From NCBI GenBank assembly GCA_053919585.1, contig CM132796.1: 64,000 bases of DNA; one strand, given 5' to 3'. Within the stretch, counting starts at the first letter, position 1, and the number at the start of each line of letters is the position of its first letter. This stretch comes from Euprymna scolopes (taxonomy: Eukaryota). The notes under the pieces are model-generated. The model was not told the DNA's origin and ran no database searches. It saw only the letters and a list, made by a program, of their open reading frames with translations. Shown piece by piece: positions 1 to 12,486 of this stretch. A program made the position numbers and the translations under genes.

Positions 1-560
1 TATATAAGAACCGAATTATAAAGTAGAATTTTACGCGTGAGAAACAATGAAAATATTATTCCTAACTTTTCGGCGACGTTTCGACGCAAACATTTCAAAC
101 ACATCCTTTATAGACTAAGCGAAAATATAGTTGAACCACAAAATAAATCATGACGAACGATTGGTTAAGGATTTACTAATGAGGCGCCGACCATCTAAAT
201 AAAAAAAAAAAATAATAATTTTCAGGCCCAAATGTTTTCGCAGTTACAAACCAATGTAATATTTGTGGCGTATACTTAAATAACAGTTACTAAACGCGAG
301 GATGGTAGGAAATAAAAACGCTATAGAAAGACACCGACGGTAATTTATTTTTAGCGATTTCAGATTCGGTCTTCCTTACTTGTCTCTGCGGGTGACGTAG
401 GTATTCAGTATACACGTCAAATAGTTCATGTTAGATACCCACTTACTCCGTTGATAGCCGAGGAGAGTGTACCCCAGGGAAACTATTTATATTAACCGAC
501 AAAAAGCAGAAGCGAAATGTACGAACGAAAGAAGAATCGTCTTCCATTTCAAAAGATATA

Positions 561-642
561 TATAGAGTGGCCCAGAAGTAACGACTTATTTTAACTTTAA
601 CTATAATTTTAAAATACGTCCCTACTTCTGGGCCATGCTGTA
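561..642. mobile_element. Tiny Tc1/mariner-type MITE relic
   Basis: Inverted repeat tggcccagaagta (568-580) / tacttctgggcca (623-635), with TA-rich flanks and no coding capacity. Confidence 0.45.
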
Positions 643-783
643 TATAAAATATATATGTTTACATCAATAGTTATGTATATATGTGTATATAGATAAATAG
701 TACGCTTTTATTTTTTTCATTTTCTTAATAATGAAGCACTCTGCAGAGATCCACTCAGACGCTCTCACACCCTCATTCAAATA

Positions 784-870
784 CTCTCTCTCTCTATCTC
801 TCTCTCTCTCTCACACACACACACACGCACACACGCATATACACATATGTATGTATATGTATATATATAT
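784..870. repeat. Compound (CT)n-(CA)n-(TA)n microsatellite
   Basis: Directly visible; explains the low-complexity ORF 731-952. Confidence 0.9.
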
Positions 871-1039
871 GGTATTTCCATGCGCGGCGAACTTTAAAAA
901 ATCACAGAAAATATTTTTTTTATATAAATATGTTATTTATTTCAAAGATTAATTTTTGGCATTTATAATTCAAATAAAATTTAAAGCATGTCTCCGGCGA
1001 TGCGCTTGTATATTGTGTTATTTAGAGGTCCAAATTTCT

Positions 1040-1280
1040 CAACTATAAACATGCGATTAGGCTGTGTTTCGGTAATGACGCGTCAAATGTTGTCTGTCAA
1101 GTGATCTATTGTGTCTGGTTTATCAGCATATATACAGGACTTTAGATATGCCCAAAGTAAATATCTAATGAGGTTTACTCGCACGAATGATGTGATAAGT
1201 TCATTTTGTGAAATCATTGGTTCATGCAATGTTATTTCCATGTTGCTCAATACTGTTGAAACCACATGATGAATTGCCAA
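1040..1280 (-). pseudogene. Tc1/mariner-superfamily transposase C-terminal relic
   Basis: Translation LLWAYLKSCIYADKPDTIDHLTDNI resembles the FLWGYLKxxVYxxKPxTxxxLxxxI motif that follows the last catalytic residue. Confidence 0.6.
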
Positions 1281-1922
1281 ATCAAGCTGAACTAAAAATA
1301 ACCGATATTTATCACATTAGAAAAAGAAGGAAAATTGAGTTGTTTATTTAAATTTAGCTGCTTTAAAAAAAAACTATATCCTAATGAATGTGAGTTTATC
1401 AACGTTTGGTTGACGAAATCACAGTTATATAAACTCCTCGCACATAATACATAGTAAAATATTCATCAATTTTGGAACTAATTTATGCTTGAAAAAACGC
1501 CTGATTGTATTTCAACATAATCATCAAACAACCCATCTTTTGTTAACGTTGTGTCTATTGAAATACATTCACCCGCTCTCGGTGTATTTTGTTTGATCCC
1601 TCCGTTTGTATTGCCTACGTTATCTATTACTTTTACTCCCATCAATGTCTACCTGTGTTGGGAGCAGCAGCAGCAGCAGCAGAAACACATGTAAATGACC
1701 AAGCCAGCTCCACGATGTGACGTCATATTAAAGACAATAAAAAGACACATGTGGTGAGGAGCACTGAATGTTCGGAGGAGTGGTGTTAAAGACGTGACGA
1801 GAGAAGCACGTGTGCGAGACGCGTAGGTGGCGTCATACCAGAGACGAAAAATCACATGCGTTCGGAGAAGGAGGAGGAGAACTGAACTGTTGAAATATTT
1901 AGAAAAAATGCGTTGTTGGAAA

Positions 1923-2391
1923 TCTAATTTATAAAACTCACTATGTCTCTCTGTCTGTCTTTTTGTTTGTCTGCCTGTCTCCATATTTTCAAACTCTATA
2001 TCTTCTGAAACTAAAAGTCACAGAGCGGCGCTAGGGGCCTCAAATGATGCGATTTTTTATGAACCGTTCTTTTGTGGCTCTTTAGCCGGTTAAAATATTT
2101 TTTAAGGTGTCAAAAAGAGATAAAATTTAAAAGAATTGTTACACATTTTGCACATTCATCTAAGTTTATATTTAATCAATCCATATGCGTGTCACATTAG
2201 TACAGTGGTGACGTCACCAGCTTTGAATACTACAGTTTTGCTTTCGGTTTCGATTCTAGGTAATGGCACCTAATTACTTTTTTTTACTTTTGAAATCACG
2301 ACAATAATATATACACAATCTGCACAAATTAAAATATTATATTGAGGCGTATTTTATGACCGGACAAAGCCGGATACCCCCTCCGTGCTAG
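1923..2391 (+). mobile_element. Non-autonomous Helitron-like element
   Basis: Starts a|TCtaatttataaaa, has a (gtct/gttt)n tract, and ends with hairpin ccgg-acaaag-ccgg followed by CTAG|t. Confidence 0.6.
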
Positions 2392-3679
2392 TGTTACAAG
2401 AAAAGGCTCCCTTTTCTTGTAAGTAAGAAAAACATTAAATAAGGAAAAATGAGATAGGATAGACGAGATTCGAACCTCGTAAGCAAGGTTCAGGAATAGG
2501 GCTAGAAATGGAATTTACCCATTGTTTAGTTTTCACATAAAATAGTTTAAATATGATATTTGGAAAAGAATTTAATTATTCAATTTTCTTATGAAAACGG
2601 AATTAAAATAAAGTCATATAGAAAACGAACGATAGAAAATTAAAAACATATTAAAAAATACGTTAGGTAAAAAAAATAGGTTAGTTAGAATTGTTGTCTG
2701 CAGACAAGTGAGAATCACGACTCTTCAGGCCACGTGAGTTCTCCACTTGAGTTCGATCACGGTTTTGGACATGCGTATGACGTCATGGAGAAATGAATTC
2801 TCAATATATTTTGTTAGTTTTAGACAGACAGAGAGTCGGACAGACAGAGGTGGGAGTCGAGTTAGAGAGGAGCTGACATCGCCAGAGACACAGTCCCCTT
2901 TTTTAGAAGCGAAGGGTTAGAGGGTTTTAATCATGCAGTCAACTTTTGAATTCCTGGCTGTCATCATAATTGCAATCGACCGAATATGATAAAAGAAACA
3001 TCATATTTTGTAACTGCCGTCCTCGTTGTCGTCTTTATACCAAATTGAAGGTAATGTGTAATCTTATATCAACTTGTTCCACTCATGTTTATAATGAATT
3101 TTGTGTATAAACCCATCTAAGTAATGCCTCTCCGTCTTAAGAAATGTGTCTCCCTCTCTATCATAAGTAATGACTGTTCCCCCTTGTGTCATAAGAACCG
3201 ACCCCTCCTCTCTAAAACATGTGTTAAGAAGAAACATTCACAGAACTGTATAGATGTCTCTCTCTTCTATCCCCCTCTCATCGTGTATTACATGTCCCCG
3301 TCTCTCTTTAAAATGTACCCGATATATGTCACCACAATATGAACACCGGGCGATACAACACTAGTGCCGGATATAAAAGTTTTTGTTAAGAAAGGAAGTA
3401 AGTCAAGTTTTCTTTTCTTCTGTCTTCTTTGCGATAGAATCTACAACGTGTTGGGCCCGTTAAAATGTAAAGACACCGTTACAAAAGGGATACATTACAC
3501 CTGCCTTGCCTTCTCTTTTTCTCTTTGTTTTTCTTGACAGCTACAGCTCATAGAATAAATAACGGAAAAACAAAATATGAAATTGCCCATTATACACAAT
3601 ACGATATCATTAATTGTAGCAATTTTATTTAATCTGAAGGTGGAAAAGAAAGAAAAAACAGAGATAATAGCAAGCAAAA

Positions 3680-5412
3680 GTTGTGTTCCAAACAAATATA
3701 GCGTTACTTCTACACACGAACTAATACAAATATCTAAATCGGATAACAAAATAATTGCTTCTCTTGATGTAGGAAGTGTATTCACTAATGTACCTGTATC
3801 AGAAACAATTGATATAATTATCAACAACATTTATAATAATCCGTCATTCCCTTCACTTAAAATTAATTTTTAAAATATTTAAAAAATACTATGAATCTGC
3901 ACTACACGAGTACCTTTCTATGATCCCAACGGTAACATATATACCCAAATATATGGAATGGCAATGGGATCAGTCCTCGGCCCGACTTTAAGTGAATTCT
4001 ACATGGCAGATCTAGAGAACAAAATATTTAAAAATAACATAAAGCCCCCTATATATGTACGTTACGATGACGACATTCTTTTTTTTAGCTGAAAATAATG
4101 AGCAGGTATACCAACTACAGAAATTAAAAAAAAATGCAATCCTTAAGTTAACAGTAGAGTTGAATAATAATAACATTTCAATTCTATACGTCCTTATTGA
4201 TAAGTCCAATAGTACATTCAACACTTCTGTATATAAAAAAGCAACCAGCTTAAATTCCAGCCTCCTTTACTTTAAAAGAGAATGCTCACAAAAATATGCA
4301 ATAGTCATAATTAAAAATTTATTAAATCGCGCTAAAATGATATCATCCACAAAAAACACAACTCATTGAAATAAAAAAACATTAAACAAGTATTCATTAG
4401 CGATCATTTTCCGAATTACATTGTTGATGAACAAATAAAACAAATACTACAATCCCTTGAACATTAATAATATTAGCCAGCACCGTAATGCAAACTCCAT
4501 TAATATATTTTACCAAAATCAAATGACACCTAACTTCAGAATAGAAGATAATGCAATTAAAAATATCGTTCGTAGATATTTGACGCTTATTGGTAGCAAC
4601 TTTAAAATTAATTTTTTTATTTACTTCAAGAAGTTTAGAACACAGAACCACGTGGTTAGAAACAATTCATCACCGGTTATAAAAATGTTGGAACAAACCA
4701 ATGTAGTGTATAAATTCAAATGCTCTCTAGGAGAATGTAACTTCGAAAATAAATATAAGAATAGTACATACATAGGGCATACAACGACTACGTTGTTCCG
4801 GTGAATCACCACGCATTTAAACAATACTAGCACGATATATCAACATTTAATAAAAGAATACAACTATCCCCCTACAATCTAAGAAAGATCCTTGTCGACA
4901 ACACAAACATTATACAACGTCAAAATAATCTTCAAAAATTAAAAAAAAAATATTGAATCGTCATATATTAGAACTCACCACCCTACTATAAATAATATTA
5001 CATTCGAGAAAAGCAGTAATGTGTTAAAATGTATTGCGTAGCGTGTAATGGACGAACTTTGCCAATAGTGCCCACGAACTCGCTGATTTTAATATTCTAA
5101 TTTTTAATCGACTTATATTTTAATCGACATCTCATCGACTTTATATATATTTAACTTACCTTCACCTAATGCGGTTTTATGTATATTTTACTTTTCATAT
5201 TTTAATTTCGATTTTCGCTCCTTATCACTTTTACTTTCTCATCACCTGAAGATGATTCGTGGACGGATCGAAAGCGCTCGTGACAGTGGCGATCATGGAA
5301 CCTTCATCAACATTTTCGATTTTGATATAAAAAAGATTATACGGAAAATCGAAAAAACAAAAAAAAGAATCATAAAGCAAAGTATCTTCGTTGCATTTAA
5401 TAATGTTTGCTT
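3680..5412 (+). mobile_element. Penelope-like retroelement (PLE), 5'-truncated and frameshifted: RT + GIY-YIG endonuclease + 3' pseudo-LTR
   Basis: RT motifs IASLDVGSVFTNVPV, GMAMGSVLGPTL and YVRYDDD; GIY-YIG VVYKFKC...YIGHTTTTL (about 4700-4795). The 3' repeat carries a hammerhead and then an ORF N-terminus-like stretch (IRKIEK...FNNVCL) before the gap. Confidence 0.9.
5242..5283 (+). ncRNA. Minimal type I hammerhead ribozyme in PLE pseudo-LTR
   Basis: tcac-CTGAAGA-t-gattc-gtggac-ggatc-GAAA-gcgc-TC-gtga: stem I tcac/gtga, stem II gattc/ggatc, palindromic stem III A-gcgc-T. Confidence 0.85.
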
Positions 5413-5872
5413 ANNNNNNNNNNNNNNNNNNNNNNNNNNNNNNNNNNNNNNNNNNNNNNNNNNNNNNNNNNNNNNNNNNNNNNNNNNNNNNNNNNNNNNN
5501 NNNNNNNNNNNNNNNNNNNNNNNNNNNNNNNNNNNNNNNNNNNNNNNNNNNNNNNNNNNNGGGAGAAATAGAGAGAGAGAGAGTGTGTGTGTGAGAGAGA
5601 GAAAGAGAGAGCTCCAGAACTCCACTTTACCTCTTTTAAACTTGCGATTTTTAAATTCGTCATGGAGGAAAATATTCGGCAGCAAATCACAGGGAAGCGT
5701 CAGGCTAATATTTTTACCTCTGTATAGTTTATTGCCAGAAATATATTTCCGTAACTTGTTATCAGGCGGTGATCTCGTATTGAGTACTTTAAATAAATAA
5801 AAAAAATCGATAAATAAATGATTATATCTTCTCATAACATTTTATTAATACATAAAATAATATATATATATA

Positions 5873-5908
<36 letters not shown>

Positions 5909-5952
5909 AGAAAGGGGAAGAAAGATATAGCATAATCACGTTGACACATCGA

Positions 5953-6010
5953 TTAAGCCACGTTGAGCCTGGCCAGTATTAAGATGTGTGGCCATTTGGG
6001 AATTCCACGT
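5953..6010 (+). other. 5S rRNA-derived fragment (internal control region), possible SINE3-type relic
   Basis: ttaagccacgttgagcctggccagtattaagatgtgtggccatttgggaattccacgt is colinear with the 3' half of animal 5S rRNA (TTAAGC..GTCGGGC..GGTTAGTACTT.GATGG..GACCGC.TGGGAA). Confidence 0.55.
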
Positions 6011-7239
6011 TTATCTAGTCATTCCTTCTCAGCCAGTCTTGGGATTCTCCTTATCACTAGACGCAAGCAATGCCGATTCAGGAGGCGCATGTTTGGGAGT
6101 GCTCAATTCGTGTCCCACAATTTCATGCACAACTACTTTCATGTGGAGTGTCCATTGTCTCTGGAGACTGTTCGGAGGCATCGTAAAGATAGGTAGATAG
6201 AGAGATATATAGCTAGATAGAGGGAATGAGTGAGTGACTGAGTGGAAGAGAGAAATGGAGGAATAAAGAAAAGGAGAGGGGAAGATGGAGGGTATAAGGA
6301 CTTTTTAACATTAAAATTATNNNNNNNNNNNNNNNNNNNNNNNNNNNNNNNNNNNNNNNNNNNNNNNNNNNNNNNNNNNNNNNNNNNNNNNNNNNNNNNN
6401 NNNNNNNNNNNNNNNNNNNNNNNNNNNNNNNNNNNNNNNNNNNNNNNNNNNNNNNNNNNNNNNNNNNNNNNAGGACTTCTTTAGAAATTATCTTTCTCAA
6501 ATAGCAGCCACCGTGCACGCATACCAAATGACAAGGAGGTTTCAAGAAAAAGGTCATCCACTATAGTTTCGCTACTTCAGGTCACTTGGCAGAAGAGTAA
6601 TATGATAATTTTGTTTTACTTTGCACCTCATCCCCTTGTCGCTTCATCGCCATACAGCAACACTCAAACTGTCATCTACGAGTATTATGTATTTTGTTTT
6701 ATTATTATTAATGCTCTTGTTATTATTTTCATGATCATCATCAACAACCACACAGAATGAACACACTGTTTTTATTTACGTACTTTTTATCATGACTCAC
6801 TGTCAATTCTTCCCTAAGATCTCAGCAATTTTCTTTTCTTCAAACGTATCGCATTTCAACACTGAACAACACACGAACGACCACATATCCCTACCTCAAC
6901 TACCCGACAGGCAAACGCTTCGAACAATTTGCGACATCATCAAAACGTTGTCGTTTATCGCTTTTATTTCCCAGAATGCTTTTCGTTTTACTAAGCTCTT
7001 AACTGACCATTAAAGAATATTTTTTGCATCGTATTTAGGCTTCATGATTTTATTTTATTTATTCTAGGCCTCCGGATTTTTACGATGCAAACGTTGTCTT
7101 TTAATATCATATTACGTGTTCGTCGCTTTATAAAACATTATCTGTACCCAAGTTTTATTACAGTTTGATGTTATTCGAAACTTAATTCCTACATTTTCAC
7201 TACCAATGCTACAAATACCTACACGGTTCGAATTTAAAT

Positions 7240-7936
7240 GAACGGCTCACTACTTCGACAAACTTCCGGGATTGATCTTCACTCCTGGCCTGAAATGGAA
7301 CACCTACATTCGATCGACTGCCAAAATCACTGGAAAGAACAGTGGAATCTTTCTACCGACCCAGAAAGTGTTTCACTCACGACACAATTATCATGTACAC
7401 CCTAAGATGGAGTACTGTTGTCACATCTGGAGAGAAGTTTTTAAGAGCACCGATTTCCTATCTTGACAGGGCACAAAACCGTTTCGAAATTTCATCTCCT
7501 TACTTCTTTTTCTCACAAAAAAAAGACGGAGCGAATTTGTCTACGTTGTATTGTAGATTTTATGGATGGTGCTCGACTGAGCTTGAATCTATGTGACCCC
7601 CCCTGTAAAACTTTTGTAACAAATACCCGTCTAACTACAACATGTAACGTTTTTCCTCATGCTCTGTATGTGTCTATTTTTTCTTTTCTAGAAATGTCTG
7701 CCTGCGGAACATAATACAGTGGTGTTGTTTCTCAGCTAATTATAACATGGTCTTTTTCAAGTCTAATGTAAATAATTTCCCGTGGAGCCGTCCGCTTAAA
7801 TTATTAAGCCCTACTTAAGTCCCACGATTACTGGTCCTGTTCTCTCAAATCTACCAAACTCTTATTAACTATTATCTTAGAGTGGCCTCCGGGCCTTGAT
7901 AATCAGTGACTCCTGAATAATAAAAAAAAAAAAAAA
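7240..7936 (+). mobile_element. CR1/Jockey-group LINE 3' fragment
   Basis: PKMEYCCHIW, LDRAQNR, LYCRFYGWCSTEL; tail gagtggcctccgggccttgataa then poly-A. Confidence 0.8.
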
Positions 7937-8179
7937 CACTTTTAAGGCCTTGTTATTTTTCCGACATTAACCCTGGTTAAGCTGGCTCCATTCAGAAAAT
8001 CTTCCGCGTCCCGAACGAATAATAATCAGACAGTACGGTCCCCACTGTAGCAGATACGCCTGTAAGGCCACCATGGTTTCAGCGGCGAACCCCATAAAGG
8101 CGATGGTCCAGGATTAGCTTGATATTCTGTTTCACCTTCTGAGCGACGTTTCAACTGGCCACCGCGTCGTGTTTTGTGT

Positions 8180-8310
8180 TTTTAAACTCTACGTAGGGGA
8201 TCTTTTAATGGTTTTGTAGAAAACCATGCGTGATGACGAAGAGCGTGACTGAACCAGCGAAAACGTCTCGAGAGGAGAGATTGCTGCAAAGAGAATATAT
8301 TGTAGAGAGA
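8180..8310 (-). pseudogene. RTE-clade LINE ORF C-terminal relic
   Basis: SRRFRWFSHALR resembles the RRLRWFGHVLR motif. Confidence 0.45.
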
Positions 8311-9786
8311 CCGAAAATTAAAACCATTTAGTTGACGATAGTCACTTGTCATTAATACAATTAAAAATCTTATTGCATTACAAAAGATAACAAGTATCAT
8401 TATTTTTCTCTTAATATTATAATCATTATTATTAGCACTCAACATATATCGGCTGGCGATAAATAACTCATCGGTATTGTGATCTGCACCCACTGTGCAT
8501 TATCTGGCGATAACTTATCCATTTGGAACCATTGCTTATTGAACATTTTAGAATATTCCATTTTAATAATAAGGGAATTCAGTATAATAATGGTTGGTGC
8601 GATTTGGAATATTCCATTGTTATGTTAAGGGATGTTCAGCATGATGACGCTCGAAGCGAATTAGCGTATTAATATATATATATATTATTATCATATAGAA
8701 TATTGTTAATATATTATTTTCATATAGAAGTATATAGTTTTGCAATCTGGTTTCCATATGTGTTCGTAGTAAATTAGATGATGTTGCTGGCAAAAGTCAT
8801 TCGTCCTCTAAATCCTCGTAGATATTTGAAGAAATATTAGAAATTGCTCGAATCAACATAGAGTGAGAGAAGCGGATGAAGAAATATATATAACTAATTG
8901 TTTCATGTTATTCCCATCAAAGTTATAAGAAATCAAGGAACCTCTTCTAATTCAACGCTTAATCTCGAGAGGTGCGTGGATATTCTTGTGTTCAATTAAA
9001 TTTCCCTTAATCTCCCAAATCTTGGGTTACTAAAGACGTGAAATAACATTGAGTTTCTTGTGCCAAATTAAGCAGTAAGCTGTGTTATAGTATTTATTCC
9101 AGTGGCCCTTTGATCTTAGCAAATTTCAGGACAAGAATTAATCTAGTCTGGTGGAGTATCCAACTTAGTACTATTACTATAATAAACATCACTTGTAGAA
9201 AATACAACTTCCTCACATATGCCAGTACTTCAAATAAGCGTGCACATCTCCGACAGTTCCTTATTTGTTGAACTGATTATCGTAGATACATCAAATGGGT
9301 GATATAAAGACATAGCAAAACCAGTACCCATGAAACACACCTGATAATCCGTCAAACTATATTTATACTTTAATCTAAAGTCGTATTATCTCTTATTGTC
9401 TTTTTTTCTGCATCTTTCCCCTTTGCATTAATCCCGAGCTATAGCGGGTTTCTCAATAAAGGGTTTAAGTCTCCGCTTGACAAACTCACAGGCTTAGTCG
9501 GGATGGAAGCCGGTTTAACCGGGATCATTACGCAGTGTATCTGTTCAACTCATTATCGACGTTTTCCTTTGTATGCTTTTCGGCGACTTCTAACGCAACA
9601 ATATGTTTCCGGCCGGTGTCGTTATTGAGCTTGATCACATGTCCATCCGTGGGACCAGTCTTTGTTTCATCTTGTTCTTAATTGTACGTAGCGTACCGGA
9701 TGTCCATACTACCGCCAATCGTCTGTAACACTAACTGTAGCACGCTTTGCTAACCTCTTAACTAATAAAAAGTAGACCATCAGGTC

Positions 9787-9998
9787 AAGATCAAATATGA
9801 TTCGGGAATCTTAGGTAGATCGACCTCCAGAGGTATTGTGATGAATGTACAGTGGGCAGGATAACCGTAGACATCTATTCCCAAACTTTTGAGTGGCCTC
9901 GTGCCTAATTCTTTGTTTAATTCTGTGATTTTTTTTGTGTGTGTGAACTTTCAGAGTAAATAAAATATATAACTCAAAGTGTAGTATCTGTTCTGATC
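9787..9998 (+). mobile_element. U2 snRNA fragment interrupted by a short retroposed insert (9796-9973)
   Basis: aagaTCAAA | 178-bp insert ending ggcctcgtgcctaatt...aataaa | TCAAAgtgtagtatctgttct. Removing the insert and one TCAAA restores AAGATCAAAGTGTAGTATCTGTTCT of U2. Confidence 0.65.
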
Positions 9999-10323
9999 CA
10001 TTAAGCATGATATGAGTAAAAACGTAACAGAACGGATTTTCCGGGCAAACTGCGGTTGCCCCCCCCTGCATGCCTTTCGGGTTAAAACGGATAAAATTGA
10101 TACTTTTGTGCTTATTAAAAAAAAAAATAATTTATGCCTTGGATTTTTATAAAACTTTCTAAAAAAGTTGTTACTAACTGATTTCTACATAATGTTATTT
10201 GTATATACTTTGCGATAACTCTTGACCGTGCTCAAGGGGCTTTTTAAGCCTAATAAAACACTCCATTTTGGGGACTATTTTACCATATTTGTCCAAAATT
10301 TTCTGTGTATGTCTATTTAGCAG

Positions 10324-10746
10324 TTTTGCATGGTGCTGAAATCAAATTTAAATATGTTTGCGCCTTAGGGACATTTGGGGCTAAATAAGGAGTGGGCAAA
10401 TGATGGACTCGGTCATTTCTTTTTTTGCATGGTGAAGAACTCAAATTTAAATATGTTTGCGCCTTAGGGACATTTGGGGCTAAATAAGGAGTGGGCAAAT
10501 GATGGACTCGGTCATTTCTTTTTTTGCATGGTGAAGAACTCAAATTTAAATATGTTTGCGCCTTAGGGACATTTGGGGCTAAATAAGGAGTGGGCAAATG
10601 ATGGACTCGGTCATTTCTTTTTTTGCATGGTGAAGAACTCAAATTTAAATATGTTTGCGCCTTAGGGACATTTGGGGCTAAATAAGGAGTGGGCAAATGA
10701 TGGACTCGGTCATTTCTTTTTTTGCATGGTGAAGAACTCAAATTTA
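10324..10746. repeat. 99-bp tandem repeat, about 4.2 near-identical copies
   Basis: Period 99 (tgcatggtg recurs at 99-bp spacing); gives the 33-aa repeating ORF 10313-10741. Confidence 0.95.
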
Positions 10747-11339
10747 CATATGGTAAGGCCTAAAACTGCACCGTTTGTTCATTTCCACCAGGATTTGATG
10801 CTCTCTGGGGACTTTTTGGGATAAATGGGGGGGGCCAAATGTTGAACATTGTCATTTTTTATGCTTCGTTCACTGTGCACTCACGGAGGACCATGCATGC
10901 TTCACTTGATAAATTTTATTTCCCTTTAACGGATTTTATCTAGTCGAAAATGAATCCGATTAGCCTAAGCATGTGTCTTTTTAATGTTTTTTTTATCGAA
11001 TTGAAATGAAAGGCTAACTATTTCCAATATGATTTGTGTACATCGAGAGAACACTTAATATGGTCAAAGTGTTGGAACCAGACATACTTCAAACCAATTA
11101 AACTAGCAAGTTGCTGAAAACTGCGTGAAAATAAGCTTAATTGTTGAAATTACGGGCTTAAAAATAAATAATTCTGTAGAGTTAAGTCTTTACCGGATAT
11201 ATAATATTGAATAGGTTTGATAAGTAAGTTTAGACAACTTTCATAGCAGCTAGACGAAAATAATAAATTATCAGATATTAGTTGTGGTAACATTAGAGTC
11301 GGTACATAGAGCATTTAAAGTCGCAGGATACAAAATTAT

Positions 11340-11780
11340 CTTCGAAATATAGTGGGCAAGGACCTTTTCTAACACGTTACGCTTTCTCACACAAGAAACG
11401 CTGCAAGTCTCTGTTTTATTGTCATTTTTATGGTAAGTATTCGACCGAGCTTCAATATATTGACCCTTCTCTAAAACATTCGTCACAAATACCCGTCTAG
11501 CTAAGACAACCATCAAGAGCACTCTCTCTATCTCTGATTAAAACTAAACAAAACTCTCATGAGCAGAGTTTATTTTCTAGAACTGTCGGCTTATGGAACA
11601 CAATCATGTGGAACTACTTTTTAGCTGACTAAAACATGGTAATTTTCTAATCTAATGTAACTAAGTCTTGTAAATCCCTACTAAATTTCCACCATTACTG
11701 ATCATGTATCACTATCTAATACTTCACCTTTATCCACCGGGTCTTGATAAACGGTGACCCCCTCCATCCCAAGTAAAAGA
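11340..11780 (+). mobile_element. Degenerate CR1/Jockey-group LINE 3' fragment
   Basis: Colinear with 24850-25390 (acaaatacccgtctagct, ttttctagaactg, gggtcttgataaacggtgacc tail). Confidence 0.7.
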
Positions 11781-12444
11781 GAAATTCTTCAGATATCACT
11801 GGTTGAACCAATGTTCAATTTCGTTTAATAGCATTTGTAAATAAGGGTTCTTCCGCGGCATTTGATTTTGTATTCCAACTTTACTTGTTGGATTTGTGGG
11901 CTTTGAATTTACTTTCTACAACCTTGTGATACTCGTTTCTTTTTATCCCTTAATGCTCGCATTCCAAGAGCGAAACTTCCAGCAAAATGAAAAACAGGTT
12001 TATGACGTTTCTGAAGTTTTGAAATAAGGATTGTGCCATTAAATTGGCTGGTAAGCAGCAAAACAAAATGAACCAAATACAATAAGCAAAAGTTCAACTA
12101 GAATTCGTCACTGTCAACTTTCTCTCTCAACTTCCAGCACGTGTTCTCCCCACTTCCTCTGCCAAAAGGCATTTTATTAGAAAACTGACCCCCATTCCAT
12201 TTGCATACGTGTACAGTGGAAGATGAGATCTCGTGAGATTCCACGAGACTACACCTTAAAAAATCCATGGCTGCCATCTTTAATTCCTCTTTCTCTCAGA
12301 TCCCATCCGAGGTAAGTTGTATAACAGCACAATACACACACACGCGGGCGTTTTCTATTTTGATCATTACATTCAACTCTACAGATTGGTTATTCGTGTT
12401 ATTTGGATTCATCAGATTACTGTTCTTATCTTGAGTTTTATTTT

Positions 12445-12486
12445 CACAACGTTTCAGTCGATGTAACCTTCGACCTTCTTCAGGTG
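12445..12486 (-). ncRNA. Minimal hammerhead ribozyme motif (solo PLE-type repeat)
   Basis: Minus strand: cac-CTGAAGA-a-ggtcga-aggttaca-tcgact-GAAA-cg-TT-gtg. Confidence 0.75.

Noticed and set aside
65-115. Possible minus-strand hammerhead (cgaaacgtcg)
   Set aside because: No CUGANGA core upstream
6558-6585. Minus-strand ctgaag..gaaactatagt hammerhead-like motif
   Set aside because: Stem II is absent, the core is incomplete, and G is at the cleavage position
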